From the NCBI GenBank assembly GCA_965205855.1, contig OZ242184.1, forward strand, positions 928,001-992,000: a DNA stretch of 64,000 nt, in the 5' to 3' direction. The translations under genes and the position numbers were made by a program. The DNA is from Thermodesulfobacteriota bacterium (GTDB lineage Bacteria > Desulfobacterota_D > UBA1144 > Nemesobacterales > Mycalebacteriaceae). Position 1 is the first letter of the stretch. Each line of letters opens with the position of its first letter. The notes below the pieces were generated by a model. The model had not been told where the DNA came from, searched no databases, and was given only the letters and a program-made list of their open reading frames with translations. Positions 54,688-64,000 of this stretch are shown piece by piece.

Positions 54688-54915
54688 ATGGAAAAAAGAA
54701 CTGTCTATTTTGACGCAAAACTTGCGCGTGAGCTTCGCCTGATAGCCGCCGGAAATGACACATCGGTTTCCGTCATTATCAATAATGTCTTAAAAGACAG
54801 ACTTGCCAAGGATGCGGAGAATTATACGATTGTTGAACAACGCAAGAATGAGCCCACAGTTCCGCTCGAAAAAATTCTGAAAGACTTCAAAAAAAAGTGG
54901 CAATTTTTGAAATGA
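54688..54915 (+). CDS. CopG/ribbon-helix-helix antitoxin-like regulator
   Basis: KRTVYFD..L..LRL.AA..DTSVS.IIN..; GGAGG RBS. Confidence 0.7.
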   Translation: MEKRTVYFDAKLARELRLIAAGNDTSVSVIINNVLKDRLAKDAENYTIVEQRKNEPTVPLEKILKDFKKKWQFLK

Positions 54916-54948
54916 CGGGCGGACAAATCCAACAGAAAAGCCTTTGCC

Positions 54949-54970
54949 AACTGAAAAGCACATACGACAG
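54949..54970 (-). other. 3' arm of the 16S pre-rRNA processing stalk
   Basis: Reverse complement of 56649-56670 with 21/22 matches. Confidence 0.8.
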
Positions 54971-55051
54971 ACGAACCACAAAACCGTTTCATTCAAACGA
55001 TTGAATTGTCTTACTTGTTTACTCTTTATGAGTAAAAATTTACTCCGTGAG

Positions 55052-56611
<1,560 letters not shown>

Positions 56612-56648
56612 AATTGTAATCGTCTGGAAACGACTCTACATTTGTCCG

Positions 56649-56746
56649 CTGTCGTATGTGCTATTCAGTTTTCAAAGAACTCGCAACGTTCAAGAACAAG
56701 AACCGTTGGGAGCGGTAAAACTAACGAAGACAATTTGCATTGTCAA
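56649..56746 (-). promoter_or_regulatory. rRNA promoter, boxA-like element and 5' arm of the processing stalk
   Basis: TTGACA (56746-56741)-17-TAGTTT; GTTCTTTGAAAACT boxA-like; AACTGAATAGCACATACGACAG stalk arm. Confidence 0.6.
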
Positions 56747-56825
56747 TAGAGTGGAAGGGAAAATAAATAAAAAACGCCGAACACACTCATGTGAGTCCGG
56801 CGCTTGTTAAAAACCACAGAGATTG

Positions 56826-57467
56826 TCAGAACAGAAAAGAGACCCTTGCGGTACCTGAAGCTCCCCACAAACTGTCAATGGGGCCATCCGGATTGTTGAG
56901 AACGTAGTGGAATCTTCCCTCAACACCCATTTTCACCTTGGGGCTTTTTATATAGTCAAAAGAAAGCGTGCCTATAACCGGTAGGAATTTTTTATTGTCA
57001 ATCTGGTCTCCCAAATCATAAATCAGCAATCCGGTTCCCGCGCCCACAGACACTTCCACCGGAGCCGCCGGCATCAACCAACTGGCTTCCACAATAGCCG
57101 GCACAAAGAGGTGACTTAAAGAGTTATCTCTGCTACTCGTGACCCCAACCATAATCTCAGGCTCAACCCTGACTCTTGAATTGACCATTACTCCAAAGAC
57201 GTCGACTTTAAAAAAAGAACGGGTCATTCCGGCACTCATGGTAAAGCCTTGTTCGCTGATGTCTTGTTCGCCGGTCAGAGAGGCCTTTTGGTAGAAGTAC
57301 CCGCTTTTGAGGGTAATTTCCTTGTTTCTGTCACTGTAAACATTTGCCTCCATACTCTCCATAATGTCACCATCGTCTTCCATAACTCCCGCTCCCGCAT
57401 TGGAAACAAAGAAAAACGCGACGGCGGCCACAATAATCACAAAAAAGATAGATTTTTGATTACTCAC
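56826..57467 (-). CDS. Outer-membrane beta-barrel protein
   Basis: GGAGG RBS plus GTG start, signal peptide, alternating hydrophobic strands, C-terminal Phe (ARVSFLF). Confidence 0.7.
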   Translation of the reverse strand: MSNQKSIFFVIIVAAVAFFFVSNAGAGVMEDDGDIMESMEANVYSDRNKEITLKSGYFYQKASLTGEQDISEQGFTMSAGMTRSFFKVDVFGVMVNSRVRVEPEIMVGVTSSRDNSLSHLFVPAIVEASWLMPAAPVEVSVGAGTGLLIYDLGDQIDNKKFLPVIGTLSFDYIKSPKVKMGVEGRFHYVLNNPDGPIDSLWGASGTARVSFLF

Positions 57468-57680
57468 TTGCAAGTCCTCCTGCATATTATAAAACATTAA
57501 AGCCACACTTAAGAAATGTTTAGATATTGTATTCCGTGCCATTTTACAACCTTCAACCGGAGTTTGTCAATATGCGATTATAAAAAACAGCGCAATTTGA
57601 ATTTTTCCGTCATTGCTGTGAATATATGTTTTTGCGGTCTGTTTCCGACCGTAAATTTCACTTGGAAGGTGGGTTTTTAT

Positions 57681-58463
57681 ATGAAAGAAAACATGAAAGG
57701 CAAATGGGCGGTTGTTCTTGGAGCTTCAAGCGGTTTCGGCGAAGCCGCCTGTATTGAATTGGCGAGAAACGGCATGAACATCTGCGGCGTCCATTTGGAC
57801 AGAAGGGCGGGAATGGAAAATGTTGAGAAAATTAAAGACAAAATTCAGTCCGAAGGGGTAGAAGCCGTTTTCTCCAATGTTAACGCCGCCGATCCTGAAA
57901 AGCGCAAAGAGGTGCTGGACGGATTGGAGGGGGAAGGCTCTGTCAAAGTTCTTCTGCACTCTCTCGCATTCGGAACCTTGAAACACTACATATCGGATGA
58001 CCCCGCGCAGATGCTGACAAACAAGAACATTGATATGACGCTTGATGTTATGGCTCACAGCCTCGTCTACTGGTCTCAGGGTATCGTAACAAGAAAACTC
58101 ATGACCGAAGGCGGAAGAATCTTTGCGATGACAAGCTCCGGGAGCCACCGAGTCTGGCCCACTTACGGAGCCGTTTCCGCTGCGAAAGCAGCGCTTGAGC
58201 ACCACATTCGTCAACTTGCCGTTGAGCTTGCTCCGAAAAAAATTACCGCCAACTCAATAAGGGCGGGTGTAACTGACACTCCTGCGCTCAGGAAAATTCC
58301 TGGAAACAAAGCGCTTGTTGAAAACGCAATCAGAGTCAACCCTTCGGGACGATTGACAACAACCGAAGATGTGGCAAAAGCAATCGCCCTACTCTGCCGT
58401 GACGAAGCAAACTGGATTACCGGCAATATCATAGGAGTTGACGGCGGAGAGGATTTAATATGA
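57681..58463 (+). CDS. SDR oxidoreductase, enoyl-ACP reductase (FabL)-like
   Basis: LGASSGFG, YGAVSAAKAALE, TDTPAL, WITG..VDGG. Confidence 0.85.
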   Translation: MKENMKGKWAVVLGASSGFGEAACIELARNGMNICGVHLDRRAGMENVEKIKDKIQSEGVEAVFSNVNAADPEKRKEVLDGLEGEGSVKVLLHSLAFGTLKHYISDDPAQMLTNKNIDMTLDVMAHSLVYWSQGIVTRKLMTEGGRIFAMTSSGSHRVWPTYGAVSAAKAALEHHIRQLAVELAPKKITANSIRAGVTDTPALRKIPGNKALVENAIRVNPSGRLTTTEDVAKAIALLCRDEANWITGNIIGVDGGEDLI

Positions 58464-58713
58464 AAAACCCAGTGCTTGAGAACTATTCGCCGTTCCTTTA
58501 GAGACAAGCAAACTTTCCCTCTCTTTGTGACAGCCGACACATGGTAAATTTCTTTCACGGAAAACCCCTTCCAAGTCCGCAAAATCCTCTTCCTCTCGAA
58601 CGCAAATCTAAAGGGCGGAGAGTTATCCCTTTCCGATAAAATGGCAAATAGTATATGATGTATCTTCTGATTGACGAGAGGCGGCGCGGGGTTAACACAG
58701 GACACAGGCGGAA

Positions 58714-60165
58714 ATGAGCAAACTTCCCGACATCAAACTCTACAATACCCTTTTGCACAAGAAAGAGACGCTTGAACCGAAAAACTCCGGCAAGGTCGGC
58801 ATATATGCGTGCGGCCCCACGGTTTATGACTCCGCCCACCTTGGGCATGCGCGCTCGGCGGTATCGTTTGATGTTATAAGGCGTTTTCTTGTCCACGCGG
58901 GATACGAAGTAACCTTCGTACGCAACTACACCGATGTTGATGATAAAATCATCAACCGCGCAAATGAAACCGGAAAAACTGCGGAAGAAATATCTGAGAT
59001 TTACATAAAAGACTACAGCGAGGACATGGAAGCCCTTGGCGTTCTGACCCCCGATGTTGAGCCGAGAGTTACAACCCACATTGCGCAAATCATCTCTCTT
59101 GTTAAGCAAATTATCAAAAGCGGTATCGCCTATGAGTCCGGTGGCGATGTATTCTTTTCCGTAAGAAAATTTGAGAAATACGGGGAACTGTCGCGCAGAA
59201 GCGTTGACTCAATGTTTGAAGCGGTGCGCATAGACCTGAATGAAAAAAAGGATGACGCTCTTGATTTTGCTCTGTGGAAAGCAGCAAAGCCCGGAGAGCC
59301 AAGCTGGGAAAGCCCATGGGGAAAAGGCAGGCCAGGATGGCATATAGAATGTAGCGCGATGAGCATGGAGTATCTCGGAAGCGACTTTGACATACACGGC
59401 GGCGGAAAGGATTTGATTTTTCCTCACCATGAGAATGAAATCGCCCAGTCCCGCGCGGCAGGAGGCGGATTTGCCAAATACTGGATGCACAATGGGCTTA
59501 TACAGATAAACAGGGAAAAGATGTCAAAATCGCTTGACAACTTTCTGACCGTAAAACAGGCGCTTGAAATCTGGTCTCCCGAAGCCATACGGCTTTTCTT
59601 TTTGCTTCACCACTACCGCAATCCGGCGGATTTTTCAGAGAAAGCTCTGAACGAGGCGGAGGTGTCTCTGGAACGTCTTTATAAAACAGTCGGACGCGCA
59701 AAGATGGCGGAAACGGACGGGGGAGAAGATTCCGGACTCGCTCGGGCGACAAAAAATTTCAGAGAAAAAAGTTTCAGCGCCATGTGCGATGACTTCAATT
59801 CCGCAAGCGCCCTCGGACACCTGTTTGACCTGATAAGAGAGATAAACCGCTCGCTTGATTCTCAAGGCGGCTCTAAACAGGTCGCCGAAGCCATTGAAGC
59901 CATAGAGGAGTTTTCGGGCGTTATAGGTATTCTGTCAAACAATCCCGAGGAATACTTGAAAAGCCCCGCGCCGTCATCGGAAGATGCAATTCCCGAAAGC
60001 GAGATTGCAAAACTGATAGAGGAAAGAGAAACGGCGAGAGAAGAAAAAAACTGGGACAAAGCCGATGAAATCAGAAATATGCTTGCGGACAAAGGCGTTG
60101 TTCTTGAAGACGGAGCGCAAGGAACGGTCTGGAGCGTGAAGAAAAAAATTAACCCGTCCCTTTAG
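58714..60165 (+). CDS. cysS: Cysteine--tRNA ligase
   Basis: CGPTVYDSAHLGH, GRPGWHIECSAM, HGGG.DLIFPHHENE, KMSKS. Confidence 0.98.
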   Translation: MSKLPDIKLYNTLLHKKETLEPKNSGKVGIYACGPTVYDSAHLGHARSAVSFDVIRRFLVHAGYEVTFVRNYTDVDDKIINRANETGKTAEEISEIYIKDYSEDMEALGVLTPDVEPRVTTHIAQIISLVKQIIKSGIAYESGGDVFFSVRKFEKYGELSRRSVDSMFEAVRIDLNEKKDDALDFALWKAAKPGEPSWESPWGKGRPGWHIECSAMSMEYLGSDFDIHGGGKDLIFPHHENEIAQSRAAGGGFAKYWMHNGLIQINREKMSKSLDNFLTVKQALEIWSPEAIRLFFLLHHYRNPADFSEKALNEAEVSLERLYKTVGRAKMAETDGGEDSGLARATKNFREKSFSAMCDDFNSASALGHLFDLIREINRSLDSQGGSKQVAEAIEAIEEFSGVIGILSNNPEEYLKSPAPSSEDAIPESEIAKLIEERETAREEKNWDKADEIRNMLADKGVVLEDGAQGTVWSVKKKINPSL

Positions 60166-60203
60166 TATTCAGCAAGCAGACCTAATTTACTGAAAAAAAT
60201 AAA

Positions 60204-61172
60204 TCAGAGCCAGACGCCCATATACTCAAGCGCTCTTTTTACGGTTTGCGGAGCCTGCGTTTCACCCCGGCAGCTGAACCAGCACGCTTCGCATTTTGTC
60301 TTTTGAAAAAGATCGGGCTTGTATTCGGACCAGTGCGCCACAACAGGCATTTCACTACATCTTTTTATATGACCGCTTGGAGTTATCTGTATATGCTCAA
60401 TCCCCGCCGTGCAGTCGGCCACTCCGCCACGTTCAAAGTAGGCCGGAATCTTGTTCAGATAGTATTCACTTGAAAGAATTGTCCCCTTCCATTTCCGGCG
60501 GCGCTCAACGATTGAATCAACAACACTGCGCACGCGCCCGATGTGTTTGGGGTCAATAAAATGCGACTCATTATTTGTCTTCATAACCGAGTAGGAACTA
60601 AAGGAGACACCGATTCCCCACTCTCTCGCCATGTCCGCTATGCTCAAAATCTCGTCCAGATTGTCCTCCATGATGACCGTGTTCACAATTATGCTTTTGC
60701 CCGGAAACTCCTTTGCCATAGCCGGCATAAGTTCGGAGATGTGTTTCCAGAGCCCCTGTATACCCCTGTACTGGTCGTGCCTTTCCCCCGGAAAATCAAG
60801 AGAAATCGCAATCTGATCCATGCCGGAGTCAAAAAGTTCACGCGCTTTGGCAATGTCGAGAAGGTCGCCCTTTGTAACCATTGAGGTGAAAATATACATT
60901 GAAGACTCTTTTATCTGGCTAAATATGTCGGGAAGATCTTTGCGTATCATCGGCTCTCCACCGGTTACGACCGTGACAAGCGGGTTGATTTTTTTTATAA
61001 CGGGGCTGTAGTCATCAAGGCGAACTTCGTGGCGCGTTTGCCAGTAATCGCAAAAATCGCATTTTGCGTTGCAAAGTTTTGTAACTTCAAGGTTTGCAAG
61101 TATCGGTCTTCCTGCGGCTCTGGAATAGGCGTATTTGGCAATGCCCGCCGCGCCTTCTCTTATTGAAAGCAT
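60204..61172 (-). CDS. Radical SAM protein with C-terminal SPASM/twitch-like cysteines
   Basis: CNAKCDFC, TGGEP, CTAG..I..G..RC..C..C...C. Confidence 0.85.
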   Translation of the reverse strand: MLSIREGAAGIAKYAYSRAAGRPILANLEVTKLCNAKCDFCDYWQTRHEVRLDDYSPVIKKINPLVTVVTGGEPMIRKDLPDIFSQIKESSMYIFTSMVTKGDLLDIAKARELFDSGMDQIAISLDFPGERHDQYRGIQGLWKHISELMPAMAKEFPGKSIIVNTVIMEDNLDEILSIADMAREWGIGVSFSSYSVMKTNNESHFIDPKHIGRVRSVVDSIVERRRKWKGTILSSEYYLNKIPAYFERGGVADCTAGIEHIQITPSGHIKRCSEMPVVAHWSEYKPDLFQKTKCEACWFSCRGETQAPQTVKRALEYMGVWL

Positions 61173-61289
61173 TCGGGCATTTTATCACGGGCACAGCGCC
61201 GTTTCAATCAATAACTTCACCTCAAAACACCTCCGCTCCGCGTCCCGTCCGCTTGCGGGCAATCGCGTCCGCCTGTTAACATTACCCAA

Positions 61290-62834
61290 ATGAAAGCCGC
61301 CACAAGGGAAGAGATTCGTGAGATTGACCGCGCTTCGGTTGAAGACTACGGCATCTCGGTAAATGTGCTTATGGAAAACGCCGGACGCGCCGTCTGCACC
61401 GCAGTGGTCGGGAAATTCCCTAAAGCGCAAAAAATCGCCGTGATCTGCGGAGGCGGCAACAACGGCGGAGACGGCTTTGTCGCTGCGCGCCATCTGGCCG
61501 GAAAGAAAAAAAAAGTCACAGTTTACACATCAAGAAAAATCGCAAAATACTCCAAACAACCGCTGGAAAACCTGAATTCCGCCGATAAAAGCGGGATTCC
61601 AATCGTTGAAATTGACGCAAATCCGTCCAAAATTTCCCCTTGTGATTTGATAGTGGACGCTCTGCTTGGCACCGGGCTTGAGTCCGAAGTGAGGAAATCC
61701 GATGCCGACTTGATAGACTTCATCAACAACTCAAAATGTCCTCGTCTTTCCGTGGATATCCCCTCGGGAATAGACGCAAACACCGGAGCCCTTCTCGGGA
61801 AAGCGGTCAAAGCGGACGCGACCGTAACATTTGTTGTGCCGAAAATCGGCATATCGGTTCATCCGGGAGTTGAGTATGCGGGAGAGATTTTTGTTGCGGG
61901 AATCACGACCCCTCACCACCTTGAGGAAAAAATAGACTGCGAAATCACAACTTACGCCACTTGCGCGAAAATTTTAAATCCGCGCGCGGTGGATTCTCAC
62001 AAAGGGACTTACGGACACACTGTTATCCTCGCGGGTAGCGTGGGAAAATCCGGCGCGGCGATTCTTGCAACCGAAGCGGCGGTCCATTCGGGCTCTGGCC
62101 TTGTAACGCTCTGTGTTCCGAAAAGCGTTCACCCTTCCGCCGAGCAAAAAGTTGTTGAAGCAATGACAGAACCATTGGAAGAATCCGCCGGATGTTTCGG
62201 CAAACCATCCGTGGCAAAAGCCAAAGAAATCCTTTCAGGCAAAAGCGCTCTTGTAATCGGTCCCGGCATATCAACTTCGGAAGAAACCGCCTTTTTTCTC
62301 TCTGAAATTGTCTCCGCAGTATCCCGTCCCATTGTGATAGACGCAGACGGGTTGAACATTCTCGCCGACAATCCCGGCATATTTGAGAAAATCGGAGCGG
62401 AGATAATTTTAACGCCTCACCCTGCTGAAATGGCGCGGCTCTGCGGAAAAAGTACGGCGGAAATTCAGACAGACAGAGTTGGAGAGGCGCGCAAACTCGC
62501 TGAAAAAACGGGATGCTTTGTCGTCCTCAAAGGAGCACGGACAATAATCGCGTCTCCGCGCGGAAAAGTGTTCATTAATCCAACGGGCAATCCCGCAATG
62601 GCTTCGGGCGGAATGGGTGATGTGCTAGCGGGAATTATCGGCGGGCTGCTTGCTCAAGGTTACAAGCCCGAACAGGCGTGCGTTTTCGGCGTTTTTGCTC
62701 ACGGGCTTTCGGGGGATATAGCGGCGGAAAAATCCGGCGGCATGGCGGTTCGCGCAAGCAAGGTTTCAGCCGCCCTTCCCGCCGCATTTGCGAAAATCAG
62801 AACTTCGGACGAGGGGTTTTTTAAGGTCATTTGA
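61290..62834 (+). CDS. nnr: Bifunctional NAD(P)H-hydrate epimerase/dehydratase
   Basis: LMENAG, GGGNNGGDG, DIPSG, HKGTYG, IDADGLN, TPHPAEMARL, GGMGDVLAG. Confidence 0.95.
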   Translation: MKAATREEIREIDRASVEDYGISVNVLMENAGRAVCTAVVGKFPKAQKIAVICGGGNNGGDGFVAARHLAGKKKKVTVYTSRKIAKYSKQPLENLNSADKSGIPIVEIDANPSKISPCDLIVDALLGTGLESEVRKSDADLIDFINNSKCPRLSVDIPSGIDANTGALLGKAVKADATVTFVVPKIGISVHPGVEYAGEIFVAGITTPHHLEEKIDCEITTYATCAKILNPRAVDSHKGTYGHTVILAGSVGKSGAAILATEAAVHSGSGLVTLCVPKSVHPSAEQKVVEAMTEPLEESAGCFGKPSVAKAKEILSGKSALVIGPGISTSEETAFFLSEIVSAVSRPIVIDADGLNILADNPGIFEKIGAEIILTPHPAEMARLCGKSTAEIQTDRVGEARKLAEKTGCFVVLKGARTIIASPRGKVFINPTGNPAMASGGMGDVLAGIIGGLLAQGYKPEQACVFGVFAHGLSGDIAAEKSGGMAVRASKVSAALPAAFAKIRTSDEGFFKVI

Positions 62835-63346
62835 GCAGACAATTAAAAGTTACCACTGCAAGCGAGAAGGGAACCGAAAAACTCGGCGAAAAACTCGCGG
62901 CAGTTTTGAAGCCGGGAAACACAATCCTGCTCTACGGCAACCTCGGAGCGGGCAAAACTGTCATCGCAAGAGGGATAGCACGCGGGCTTGGAATAGAAGA
63001 AATAATAACAAGCCCGACTTTTGTCATAATGAACCGCTACAAATGCCCGCCGCCTCGCTCTGCTCCGCTTTACCATTTTGACCTTTACAGAAACCCGTCC
63101 GCCATGGAGTTTGAACAGTTGGGGTTTGCGGAAATTCTGAACGGAAACGGGTTTTGCGTGATTGAATGGGCGGAAAATCTTCCGGCGGAGTTTGTCGGAA
63201 ATTCAATCGGAATTGAGATAAAACTATCAAAAGAAAACAAAAACAAGAGGGAAATCACAATAATAGCAAATAAAGAAAAAGCCACCCATATAGAAACCGA
63301 AATGGAGAAAGGTTTCCGGCTTAAAGAGATTCAAGAAACCGTATGA
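62831..63346 (+). CDS. tsaE: tRNA threonylcarbamoyladenosine biosynthesis ATPase
   Basis: GNLGAGKT, TSPTF, HFDLYR, IEWA. Confidence 0.95.
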   Translation: MSRQLKVTTASEKGTEKLGEKLAAVLKPGNTILLYGNLGAGKTVIARGIARGLGIEEIITSPTFVIMNRYKCPPPRSAPLYHFDLYRNPSAMEFEQLGFAEILNGNGFCVIEWAENLPAEFVGNSIGIEIKLSKENKNKREITIIANKEKATHIETEMEKGFRLKEIQETV

Positions 63347-64000
63347 GCACCCGCCTTTGTTCGGGAGTCATTGAAACAACACGGTCTCGCGCGGCTTGCG
63401 CCTCGCCCCCATGCCAGAGTACCGCCTCAAGAAGAGTTTGAGCCCGCCCGTCGTGCAGATAGCCGGCATTTGGATTCACGGTTTTCACCAAGCCGATTCC
63501 CCAAAGCGGAGAAGTGCGCCATTCCGAACCCGAAGCATCTCCCGAAGGACGTCCGTCTGCAAGCCCCCTGCCCATATCGTGAAGTAAAAAGTCCGTATAG
63601 GGCCAGATAAGCTGAAAGCCTCTCTCTTTTTCAATATCCTTGCGGGTAACATATTTTGGAGTGTGGCAGGAGGCGCATTGCGATTCGTAAAACAGTTTTT
63701 TGCCTTGAAGAACTTCCCTGTCGCTGACATTTCGACGTGCCGGTACGGCGAGATTTTTTGAGTAAAACTCAACAAACTCAAGAACGGGATCGGGTGCCTC
63801 GGTATCTCCGAGGTGTTTTTGCGCTCCGTGCGGAGCGTTGCGGCAGTCCGTCTGCCGTTTTGTGCATTCGCCCCAATCGGAACCTTCAAGCGGATTGGAA
63901 ATTCCAATATCATTCACAAACGCTTTTGCCACTTGCATCAAAATGGAACCGGATGATGCTTTGAACCCGAAACGCCCGATGGTTATCTCTCCGGTCTTTG
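63321..64000 (-). CDS. Di-heme oxidoreductase (DHOR) family protein, C-terminal part (runs off the window edge)
   Basis: Frame open to the edge with GRFGFKA; CASCH heme motif, YTDFLLHDMG, WRTSPLWGIG, LHDGRA..EAVLWHGGEA. Confidence 0.88.
   Translation of the reverse strand, partial: KTGEITIGRFGFKASSGSILMQVAKAFVNDIGISNPLEGSDWGECTKRQTDCRNAPHGAQKHLGDTEAPDPVLEFVEFYSKNLAVPARRNVSDREVLQGKKLFYESQCASCHTPKYVTRKDIEKERGFQLIWPYTDFLLHDMGRGLADGRPSGDASGSEWRTSPLWGIGLVKTVNPNAGYLHDGRAQTLLEAVLWHGGEAQAARDRVVSMTPEQRRVLIRFLESL

Noticed and set aside
58464-58713. T-box or other leader RNA upstream of cysS
   Set aside because: No T-box consensus or terminator/antiterminator could be recognised in the 250-bp gap.

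Overview
Gene-dense bacterial chromosome segment of roughly 50% GC. The gene content suggests a Deltaproteobacteria/Dadabacteria-like lineage, but that is an impression only and needs 16S classification. Most of the window is housekeeping: alaS, rpmA/rplU, lgt, hisCD, ptsH, mqnC, rluB, efp, mutL, degQ, aroK, ribE, lspA, msrB, greA, carB, thiC, tsaD/E, ggt, coaX, guaAB, proB, gyrA, rsmD, coaD, cysS, nnr, five tRNAs and one 16S rRNA gene. Highlights: (1) A MoxR/RavA-like AAA+ gene ends just after an A10 run. Its -1 frame continues stop-free through an acidic Pro-rich linker into a VWA domain, so one gene may yield both the ATPase and an ATPase-VWA fusion by programmed frameshifting. (2) A ~9.3 kb restriction-modification hotspot between thpR and rplU holds three copies of the thpR 3' end that separate stacked foreign cassettes: a type III R-M with DUF6680 and DUF5131 genes, a type II R-M, and IS1380/IS1595 stubs. 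The type III mod is out of frame at a G7 tract and the type II REase is broken by a 1-bp insertion. (3) The rRNA operon is unlinked: 16S alone, ITS-type tRNAs with their own promoter, no 23S. (4) EF-P has a non-canonical KMAQR loop. All frameshift calls need read-level confirmation.
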